From the NCBI RefSeq assembly GCF_040938485.1, contig NW_027270942.1:248001-312000 (forward strand): a DNA stretch of 64,000 nucleotides, read 5' to 3'. This DNA is from Diadema antillarum (Eukaryota). The notes beneath the pieces were generated by a model. It searched no databases. It was not told where the DNA came from and saw nothing but the letters and a program-made list of their open reading frames with translations. Below are positions 37,136-48,200 of the stretch, in pieces; position 1 is the first letter of the stretch; every line of letters starts with the position of its first letter. The translations under genes were made by a program, and so were the position numbers.

Positions 37136-37178
37136 TTCCGGGTGGTGGTGGGTGCCGGTGCCGATCGATCGATGATGA

Positions 37179-37188
37179 TGCTGACTCA
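37179..37188. promoter_or_regulatory. Candidate CNC-small Maf (NF-E2/ARE-type) element
   Basis: TGCTGACTCA matches TGCTGA(G/C)TCA; lies between the divergent ASB and PSMD4 starts. Motif match only. Confidence 0.35.
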
Positions 37189-37277
37189 GTCCGATGAAGT
37201 GTATGGGAGCAGCTGGTAATGGCGCGCCAGCTGTTTACAAGCAATACAGTACATATAACTAGGAAAAGAAAGAAAGA

Positions 37278-37331
37278 ACAAATAAACAAACAAACAAACA
37301 AACAAACAAACAAACAAACAAACAAACAAAC
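37278..37331. repeat. (AAAC)n microsatellite
   Basis: Tetranucleotide run; source of spurious CLFV/KQTN ORFs. Confidence 0.95.
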
Positions 37332-39188
37332 TGACGTAAGGCCATACAATTTTCCAGATTTTGTAGCCCGACTGTTATGCCAGACTTTGTTGTTGCCCTT
37401 GTTTTAATTGTGTCTATATACAGCAGCTCGCTTTGTTTCTCTTTAACTTTGTTCTGATTTTGCTTTGCCTTGCTTTTATACTTTAGTTTGCTATAGGCCC
37501 TACTGTAGGCCTATGCTTTGTTTGACAACCATCTACTAGTACGTAACAAGAATCCTCCTTCCCAACTTGCCAGCGCTCAAAAACCGCGGATGTGGGAGGA
37601 AACAGGCCTCTATAATTACATTGAATTGTTCCTCTATATCACCCCCATATCACCTATAAGTCAATGGGCCATACACATTTGTCTCTTTTTCCCGGATAAT
37701 GTCCGTCGTTTGAACGTCGGCCGAGCGCTTTTATTTCTGAAATATTTTACACCAGCTAAAGCTCACCTGAGTGTCTTGAATTTTATCACAGCAAACTCTG
37801 CGAATCATTTAAACCCATCTGAATATTTGACAGAGGTTGTAGGGGAGGAGACAGTGGCCCAGGTGCCAGGGCCGGGTAATGTGGGGAGGAGGGCGGGGCT
37901 CCACCCCTTTAGCTTTTAAAAGATACACACACAAAAAGGAGGGTATCACAGTAATATTATTTGTCTGTGCTCCGAAACGATTCACGGGCTCTAACTGTCC
38001 TTGTATAGGCCTAAACGAGAACACAGCGTCATATCTCTCTCCCTCTCTCTTTTTCAACAATTGCAGACAGTCAAGCATTGAGGGGCCTACCTATACAAGC
38101 GCCTCAAATATTCTAATTATGTGTTTTCTATGTAGGAATTACCTTCAAAGTGTGAAGTTAGGCGTGCTGGTGATGGTGACGGTGAGAAAATGATAAAGAC
38201 GATTATTTTCTCTTTGTTTTAATGTTAAGAACAATTTGAATACAATGACCAATATGTAGGACTGTCTATATTGTACTGCTAAACAGATGTGAGTATTTCT
38301 GGTCATCATGTAATGAAGCCAGTTTGTAGGCTAGGCCTAGGTTTGTTGAGTTTCCTGTTCAAGTTAACTTTAAAGAATGCAACAAAATGAGACCAAAAAA
38401 CAAAAACAAAAACAAAAAAACGGAGGAGTTTAATCAAACTGAATATAATTTAATTTTTAGCTGTCGTTCATGTCACAAAAAGTATGGATTAGAAGAAGTA
38501 CCGTAACGAGTTTCCCCTCTTTTTCAGAATAAACCAAGTCCTTGGCATCGAAATAGGCCAGCTATTGTAGAGTTGCGATTCAATTGTAGTAAGAGGGTTT
38601 TAGTCGGTAGTCATGGTTGTTTTGATAACAAAATCGGCCTAAAAGGAGATTATCGATGATAAATCATTCCTCATGTGGTTGAAACTGACATCAATGTTCA
38701 GAAAACAAACAATATCAACCGTACACGCGTGTTTGATTTTACTCTAATCACCAAATTTGCAACATTAGCTTTATAATCTCATCACTGATGGTTTTGCGTT
38801 TTACTAAAAAAATGGCATTTATTTGATACTGAAAGAAGTTGTGGAGAATTGTAGGCCTGCAGCAGGCAGAAACGTTAACTCTGCCGACAAAGGCCTTCAT
38901 AATCATCGATCTATTACTAGTATCTCTCTTTTTTATGGACCTTTGTGAGATTTTGTGAAGTGTCGCAGTGTAGGCTTATTACCAAGTCACGAAAGTACAG
39001 TGAAAGTGCATCGAAGAGTGAGAAATATTACAAAGAAAAGTTCCAGAAGAGGCTTTGAGTGACAGGCATCACAGTAGAAGTAGAAGCAGAAGTTTAAACA
39101 ATCATTATTTTCAAGATGTTCAGCAAAGAGCACCGCGTGCATTGTACCGACTTGACTCTGATCTGATGATGAACATAAATTTGAAGGA

Positions 39189-39200
39189 TAGCGCCATCTA
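39189..39200 (-). promoter_or_regulatory. CTCF/YY1-like motif upstream of PSMD4
   Basis: TAGATGGCGCTA on the minus strand resembles the CTCF core; 65 bp upstream of the PSMD4 ATG. Motif match only. Confidence 0.3.
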
Positions 39201-39264
39201 CAGTTGTCTTCGTCACTCTTCGCTCTCCTCATTCCGCTGCAGATTTAATCGAGAAAGATCAACA

Positions 39265-42200
39265 ATGGTGCTTGAAAGTACCGTAATTTGGTAAGAAAAA
39301 CCACCTATGCTTTTAGAATAGATGAAAATATGTTTCTTGATCATTGGAATCGATTAATTTTGTTTCTACAATAAAGCGAAAGCTTACCTTTTAATCCTTG
39401 ATATGTGTAGATAAGTGATGAAGCAATTTCGTGTAGAATTGTGTAGTCCCATATCTTGCATATCGTGTTAGTATCGAACCTATGTTTGTTACGTAGTTAT
39501 AAGGCCTATGCTATGCCTGGTGACACGACATTTGCTCCTGCGACAATTGCTCCGGTCTTATTTTCTCTAAGGACTTAGGGTTAGGGTTAGGGTTGTGATA
39601 GGGTTTTAGGTTTAGTTTGATGTGAGAATTAGGATTAGGGTTAGGGTTACGTTTATGGGTTGAATTTACGTTTGGCTTAGCATGCAGATATATCATGGGA
39701 GTAGATCTAATTGTCGCAGGAGCAAATGTCATGGAACCGCTATGCCTATGCATGGCATGACATTGACCGAAAGATCGGTCTGTATCTGTCCGTCGGGGAA
39801 TGTTCCACGGAGACTTCGTCTGGCTTCACGGATCCCCTCCGTATACAGACCGAAGTCAATGATTGCGGCTCCTGTGTGGGGCAGTCGCGCACAGCAAACG
39901 TTACGATAAACCAAATTTCAGACAGCTTACATTCAAACAAGTTTGACATGACATGACACATTATGCAGCAATATTTGGGATAAATTTCTCACATTGTGCA
40001 ATCGAAATACTTACATAAATTCCGTTATAATGCAGAAATTTTATCGATATCGCAACATCGCCGTTCGCGAGCAGTAAGTCGCCATTTTGAATCTGTAAGC
40101 CAATCACATGCGAGGTACGTGTTTTAGTTAAACAAACACGTAGAAACTACCTCGCATGTGATTGGCTAATATATTCATAGTGTATGTTTCTGCAGTTTTA
40201 ATGTGACGACGCGACAGGCTGTGTTTTACGTTGAAAATTCTAATAAAATGTTGGATTATTCATTAATCTGGTGAGTGCAATGTATTCTTAAAAAGCTAAT
40301 TTCATTATGCAAGCTTAAATTTGCCGACCTAGGGCCGTGAATTAGACGCAATCGAGAAGGATGAGGTACCTCACCCAATTTTCCATAGAGACAGTGGTTA
40401 AGAACATCCACACAGCAATGGGTACTGATACCTTCCGTCTGTCTACGGAGGACAGCGTTAATGGCAAAATATAAAGGAGTCCTCCGGACAGACGGATCTT
40501 CCTGTCTAGGCATGGCACTGTGCGGCATGGAGCTACACTGAACTTACTGTAGTGCCAAGTATCTAGGCCTAAGTGTAATAGATTCTACTTGTAGATCTAG
40601 AAATCTAGACTCTACACCCATAGATTCATGTGGAGTTAACAAGTTGTTCAATGCACATGCATGTGACTTTATCGTGTTATTTAGAAAGCCTATTCTTCAC
40701 TTTTTACTTAGCCCCAATGTAATGTAATAGTAATAATCTCTATTTCCAAAACTTGGAATAAAGTATTAAAGTTACCCAGTGTTCGACAATAAATTGCGGA
40801 AGCAAAATAGCGTGCATGATCCAAACGCCTGCGCTGCGATCATCGTTCGAACGCCTGTACTCATTGTTCGGCCCCGGATGTCCATGCTTCGACATTCACG
40901 ACGTACTGCGCCGTGCCCTCGCCCTGTCTATGGAATGTATTACTATTACTATGCGAGAGATTCAACGCATACACAACACGTTGCGATCGAACCATGGTGA
41001 TATACCGCAAGTTCTGGCACGGGTGGCATGCAAAATATAAATATTGCGAAAACACTCAAGTTATCTCAGGAATGGCTGCCATCTTGGCTGTAGGTGTACA
41101 CGCTGTACAGATTTAATGCAGATAAACAGACTAGTAACTTCGAAACTTGGAATGAAACAAGTCTATATGTGTTGCTATGCAACTTTACTTACCCGTTAGG
41201 CCGTTACTTACCTGTTGAACTGCTTACGCGAGCTGACCCGGGAGGGTCGCGACAATGATTTTGGGGGTCTGGTGACATGGCCCACTGTTGTGCTCTTCAG
41301 AATACGTGTGGAGGTAGTTGCATAGATTGAATTTCGTACTTGACATGCGCTTTTTTTTATTCATGAATTTCAGGAAATCTTTATTTGTAAGAGTGGTCTA
41401 TTCATGGAAGCTGTCGAATCAAGGGCCACTTGATTTTTTACTTCTTTTTTTAACAAAATCAAGGTATAGTGGGAATAATGTTGTTCAGCTCGATTTTCTT
41501 GAATTTTTAGATTAGATTTGTAGAGAGTCTCTTCCTTGTCTTCGCAACTTGGTGACCGACCAGACCAGAGGTTGCACAAATGGATAATTTATTTTCATTG
41601 CTTGTCTGTCATTGTCTAATTGCATTCATTATTTGTGTCCCCAGTTTTTGTTTGAGAGGGCAAATTGCTGAGATCTTTACCTTTACCTTTACTGAAGATA
41701 CTGGAAGATTCCACAGAAGTTAAGCATCCAGGTCTATCCTCTTCTGATTAACTCTTAACGTGCCATGGTCGCCGAACGGCGACCTTAGTCCTGACGTGCC
41801 GTGGTCGCCGATCGGCGACTAAGAAGAGCAAGAAAAGCATTGATCATTTAAGTTCTTGTGGTACCGTAATGTGTTACACCAAGCAACTGCCAATGATATG
41901 TACTGGTAGCTGATTAGCATAGCCATCGTTTCCACTAAAAATATGAACATGCTTACATTGGAAAATTTTGAGTAAATACACGATTTTTCAGCTACATGTA
42001 TTTTTTTTCGCGTCGGGAAAATCCGCAGCGTTCGCACCCTCTGCGAGATGTGTATCGATCAAAAGTCTCATAGGTAAACCACGCGTGTGTATGCTATTGA
42101 ATCTGCGTGTAATGTCTATGCGGTTCCACTCGCATTGTTCCGCTTGGATACTGTCCTGCGGGAAGCTGCTTTGATTTTGTCCCTCAAAGAGGGTCAGCTT

Positions 42201-45200
42201 TCGTCCGTCGGTCAAGTCTTTCATCCTTTTGTTTTGGTGAATGTAACTAATCGTCCCCACGCTAGCATAGGAATTGCGCGTGGACAAAGGCCTGCCGATT
42301 TCAATAGAGTACGCCCGCCCGCTGTCCGCTTAGACAAAAGGAGGATTAGCAGGTTCTTCCTTCTCAGGTGGACAAAAGACACTATTCCAGGGCCCGGGAC
42401 AATTACTTTAGTTAGCTGGACAACACCCAACACTTTACATAGACCTAGAACTTGTAACATGTGAATTTAAGTCCCATCATAGGTTTTTTTTTGTTGTTGT
42501 TGTTGTTTTTTTTGTAGGAACCCCCTATTGAATATCAGAAAAGTTGATAGCATCAATCATAATTATATACTTTGTGATGCTGTAAAGCTAACTGTCTCTG
42601 CACCTCTTGTCATTGGTGATGGAAGGTTATATGTTGACCTGTGCCAAGATGGATTTCATGATCATGATTTCATGGCGTAATAATTTGTCTTCCTTATCTC
42701 TGAGGAATGTTATCACAGGAGGAGGAGGAGGAGGGAATGGTACAAATTCTCAGACCACTTCATGTATTTATACATTATCTATTTGCATTCATTTCTTTTT
42801 CCAATAGTGTGGACACAAGTGAATTTATGCGGAATGGAGACTTCATACCAACAAGGATCCAGGCCCAGCAAGATGCCGTTAATCTGGTTTGCCTGTCTAA
42901 GACCAGATCTAACCCTGAGAACACAGTTGGTCTAATAACACTCTCAGAGTAAGTTGGCAAGTAAATACCATACTCTGAACAGCAGAAACACAGTCTTGAT
43001 ATGATTGTTGTAGGAATTGATAAAGAAGTCCTGTCAGGAGATGGAGTGTTCAAATGCCACCAGATTGTCTTGCGATTTGCTTTTTTTTTTAAATGAAAGT
43101 GCAATAAGATTCACATTAGTGGATTTCACGGTCATAGAATCAGAGCAAGACATTTAATGTGATTTGTAGTGAATTGTTTGGGATAATCTCAGTGATCTCC
43201 TTTGCTGTCAGTATGTGTGGTTTTCATGAAGAGTGAGAACATCATAACATAATTTTATTGTTGTTTATTCTGAGATGTATACTGCAGATCAGTTTGATGC
43301 AGTGATCATCATGATTACCAGGTAGTCATTTCATTGACTGTGGATCCCTACGGTGTTTTGAAACGCAGCGTATGTTGAAAGTGTGCATCATGTCCCACTC
43401 ATTTTCGTCCCTGAAAACAGTATACAGTGGACGACCATTAAAACAAAGTCCTTGGGACAGGCAGTTTTCTTTCGTTATAACTGAAAAAATAAACAATAAA
43501 AAGCATAGAACAGATAATGTTGCAGTCTGAATTTTTATTTTGTTGTAACCGGAATTTCGTTAGAACCATGCTCGTTATAATGGGAGTACACTGTAGTACA
43601 GCTTGGTTCTCTCCGATAAAAAAAAAAAAATTTGACATAGAAATTGAGTTGACTGTTGAGCCAAACAAGCCTTAAATGAAGATTTGCTTTCCCCCTTATA
43701 TTTATTCTATCTCACAGGGTGAAATGCCTTGTCACCATGACTACGGATGTTGGGCGTATTCTCGCAAGGCTTCATCAGGTCACTCCGAAAGGGAGTCTGA
43801 GCTTCATGACTGGTATCAGGGTTGCCCATGTGAGCATGTGTAGCAATTGATCCTACTTACATTTTTGTGATCAAAATGTACATGATTATATTAACATGGA
43901 GATGATTTTTCAGATTACCGTTGCCTTTTTAAAGAATTATGTATATCTTCTTCATTAAAGAGACATAACTCATTTAATTGGTAATAACATTTGATATAAT
44001 TAGAAATAAAAATGTTCTACTGTATATAATATGATGCTTTGCACAGTCTAGTACCATCTTTACTTGTGGTTGTTTCCAATGTTCAGTGTCACTCAATGCA
44101 GCCCATGTGTTATATCCCTGTTTTGCTTCAATCTCACATCATTTCCAGCTGGCACTGAAGCACAGACAAGGGAAAAATCACCGGATGAGGATTGTAGCAT
44201 TTGTTGGCAGCCCGGTTGAGAATGAAGAAAAAGAGGTTTGTACCGATAATCTTTATAATGGCTGTAAAGGGCTCTCAGAGTTTACTCTAAATGCATTCAT
44301 GTTTGTGCTTACAATTGCAGTGCAAAACTGCTCAAGATGTAAAAAAAGAAAAAAAAAATGTTAATATGTTAAGTGTGTAAACAGAGACATGTGTCTCACA
44401 GATAAAAAGTTCATGATATGACATGAAGACTTTGTCGTTGCATAAATTCCATTGAGGTAAAACAGACGTGCCTCTGTACTCGAATGAGAAATGTGCCATT
44501 GTTGTTTTATATCGTGGACTTACACTCAACATTCTGCATTTTATGCATACTTTGCATATATCAGTGTTTAGGACTGATCATGTCAACCACAGCTCTTAAA
44601 CAAGGACTTTAGTCTCATTACACCCCAGAATATGAAATTTGGTTATGTGCTCTTTGCAACCTTTTCCTCCACCCTCTAGCTTGTGAAAATGGCAAAGAAA
44701 CTGAAGAAGGAGAAAGTTTCTGTCGATGTCATCAACTTTGGAGAAGATGTAAGTTTGAATATGTGATCCATGATATCTTAAATTAGTACTGATATTTAGG
44801 AAAACTTTCTTTGGTATGTATTCATATTATTGAATGGACACTCTACCTATGTAGTGGGACAAGAGACATCTAGTACAATGTTATTAAAAGTTCTGATTGA
44901 CAATTGATGTACATGTAGGTGGCTGGTGTTTATCGCTTTTACTCTATAATTACTTTTCTTTCTGTATGTGTGTTTTTGTTCTGCTTGTGTAGTGCCATTT
45001 GTTCACCATAGCATGATATGTTTTTTACAGTGTAGGTACTTATTTCTTTGATATATCATATGGACTGGTATAAGCTTAAAGCCCCAGAATGTATTGGTTG
45101 TAGCATATTTATTCCTCATAGATATTGGGATGGTTAACGTTTGAAGGAAAGTCAATACTCAGTATTATGACACACGTGCCGGACCAGTCTTCAGCATGCA

Positions 45201-48200
45201 AGGGTTTTTCTTCATTTCTTGAAGCTGTGGTCCAGAGTTTTATGTGCTATTGCAGTTTTGCTGAAGGTATAAAATGCGTGCATTTTTTCATGAAAGTGTT
45301 TCATCACTTTATTAAATACAGACTCTTGAAACACATTGTGAATGTGTGGAGAATATACCACAAGTCGAGTTCTCCCTCCTTTTCACCAAAATGTTTGTAC
45401 TTGCTGTTTGAAGAGACTGGTAGGGATATTGTTATTCTTTGCTTTCTGTCATTTTTTTTCCTAATCAGAGGGTGAATACAGATAAGCTGACTGCATTTAT
45501 CAACACAATCAATGGAAATGAAGGCACAGGGTAAGTGGTTGTGTAGGACTTTCGGGCTAAACGTGGAGAAGCAGATATATAGCACAAAAGGCAGTGACTT
45601 TCCTGTTAGCTTTCAGTTCTTACAGTTATTACAATTTCCCAACCAGCAAAACTTTAAACCCAAGTATTCACAGCATGTTCCAATTATAGACACTCACTGC
45701 TGGATTGGCACATCCTGCCAGGGCAGTGCTAGAATTTGGCTTTACAAGAACTGGACTTAGCAAGCCTCATCAATCTCCTACCACCACAACAGCCAAACCT
45801 GTTAAAAGTGCAATTTAATTGCATGATTTGGTTGTCATAAAATTGTTTAGTATTCATTGCTGATATTGTAATTGAATGACCAACAAGAGTATGATTGGTG
45901 AATTATTGTAATTAGCACCAAAAAAAAGTGTTCAGAGTTTTGTGAGCATATTAAGGCAATCATTTACAGAACCATTCACCACCAGTCACATTGCCCCTCA
46001 CACATACTGAATATATGCCAGGGGCAATGTGTCAACAGAGATGAACAGAAAGGGATGAAATGTCAGTTGAAGCAACAGAAACCTCCATGGATCTCTTGGT
46101 AAACATGACTGATGTATCAGAATTTATGGCATTATTTGGCCAAACTTTAAAGAAGTCTCCCTTCTAGAACCATGCAATTTGTTGTGCCTCGTTTGTTTTG
46201 TGTAATGCTGTCTTTGTTTGTAATGCTGGAGGGAACTGTGCTTATGGTTATGTTGTGACACACTCTACCTGGAACATCAGCATGAGTATTAGAGTGTTCT
46301 TATTTTTTATTTACTTATTTATTTATTCTTTTTGTCTGTGATCTGGAAGGTCGCACCTCGTCACCATTCCACCGGGAACTCTTCTCTCTGATGCCCTCAT
46401 GAACTCGCCCATCATCGTCGGTGAGGATGGCTCAGGAGCAGTGCCCGGTCTTCCAGGGGCCACTGGTGGAGAGTTTGACTTTGGCTTTGATCCTTCCACA
46501 GACCCCGAACTGGCAATGGTGAGTTCGTCAGATGTTGTTTGGTCTTGTCCATTTTGAGTCATCATCATAATTATGCCTCATTCTCTACAGTGACTCTGAC
46601 ATTCTCTATACTCTTGTGTTCAGTGAGCATTTTTGTAGGTCTGTGTGTGTGTGTATGTGGATGTATGCCATCTGTCTACTTTTGCTGTTCATGATTTGCT
46701 GATGCTAACTCTACTTGCATTAGATACTACTGCCACTACCACTACTACAGTGCACTCCCGTTATAACGAAATGCTCGGGACCGGCAGTTTTCTTTCGTTA
46801 TAACGAAATTTCGTTATAACCGAACAAATACAATATATAACCAAAACAAGGAAACCACGTATATATATCATATTCTGTTTGCTGAATACTCATCATACAC
46901 TGGAAAGCTATGTGAAATGTGATGGGATAACTGTACAATACAATAATAAACGCAAGTTCCCCTCAGAAACTGTGCGTGACACAAGGAGCGAACACACAGT
47001 GGTGTGAAGCGTTCACCCATGCAGAGCTTAGAGACGCTATTTATATGCTTGTTCCGCTACGTATTTTCAAAAGCAGTTCGCATTTCGTTATAACGGAGCT
47101 CATTTCTTTTGTTTTTCTTTGTCTGCGGCGCTCGGAAAAGACTTCGTTATAATGGAAATTTCGCTATAACCGTGTTCGTTATAAGCGAATTTTGTACCAT
47201 AGACTTTAATGATGATAATTTTGGGACCAGATGCTTTACTTCGTTATAACGAATTTAGTTATAACCGTGTTCGTTGTAACGGGAGTGCACTGTATTGGGG
47301 TTTCCAATAAGCCAGTTCACGATTAACTCATGTGCACATTGGTACAAATGACCTGTCTTTTTTTCTCAGTTCGTCAGGCACTTCACTCATTTTCAGTGCA
47401 ACATTATGTATAAGCTTGCCCGACATAGCAATTTATGAAATTCATGTTCAAACAAGAATGAATTTACATTTAGACTAGGTGACCAGAATCAGTGAATTTA
47501 AAAACCAACGTGCCTGATAGTACAAATGAAATGATCTTTTTTTGCTCCTGCGCTAACTGGAACTGTAAACTAGCTTATTGCTCATGTCAGTTTTTGCTTT
47601 CCAACTCTTTCTCATCTCTGTGCCTCGCAAAGTTGTAATATCTCTGAATGGGGAAGTGGAGATGTACAAATGACTGTGGACTTTAAAGGTCCAGTTTACC
47701 TTTGGGAGCAGTGCTTTACAAAATGTTCAAGATATCACTTTTGATACCTATGTGTAGGTCAGTTGTATCACAAAACACCCTACCATATAAAATTTTTGCA
47801 ATAAAGCCTAAATTACAAGGAGATATCACTATTTTTCTCATTAAACCAGAACTGTAGACGGTTTAGTCCGGAAACATTTTTATTATAACTATTGTTCACA
47901 TTTTGTATATTCAACAATACTTAACATTGATTATACTGGTTCAAATTTTTATATATGTTGTTTCTATCCCTAGCTCACATTTTAGAACTATTTTGAAGCA
48001 TTAATGCTGGGTTTTTGTTTCATCTGCAAATGGTAAATTATGCCTTTAAAAAAAAAATAAGCAAGACAAATTGCACTAAGATGATGATTGGATGGTGTTA
48101 TCTCTTATCCCAGGCCCTTCGCATCTCCATGGAAGAGCAGCGGCAGAGGCAGGAAGATGACACCAAGAAGCCAGAGGATGCAGCTGCCGATCCCTCCCTC

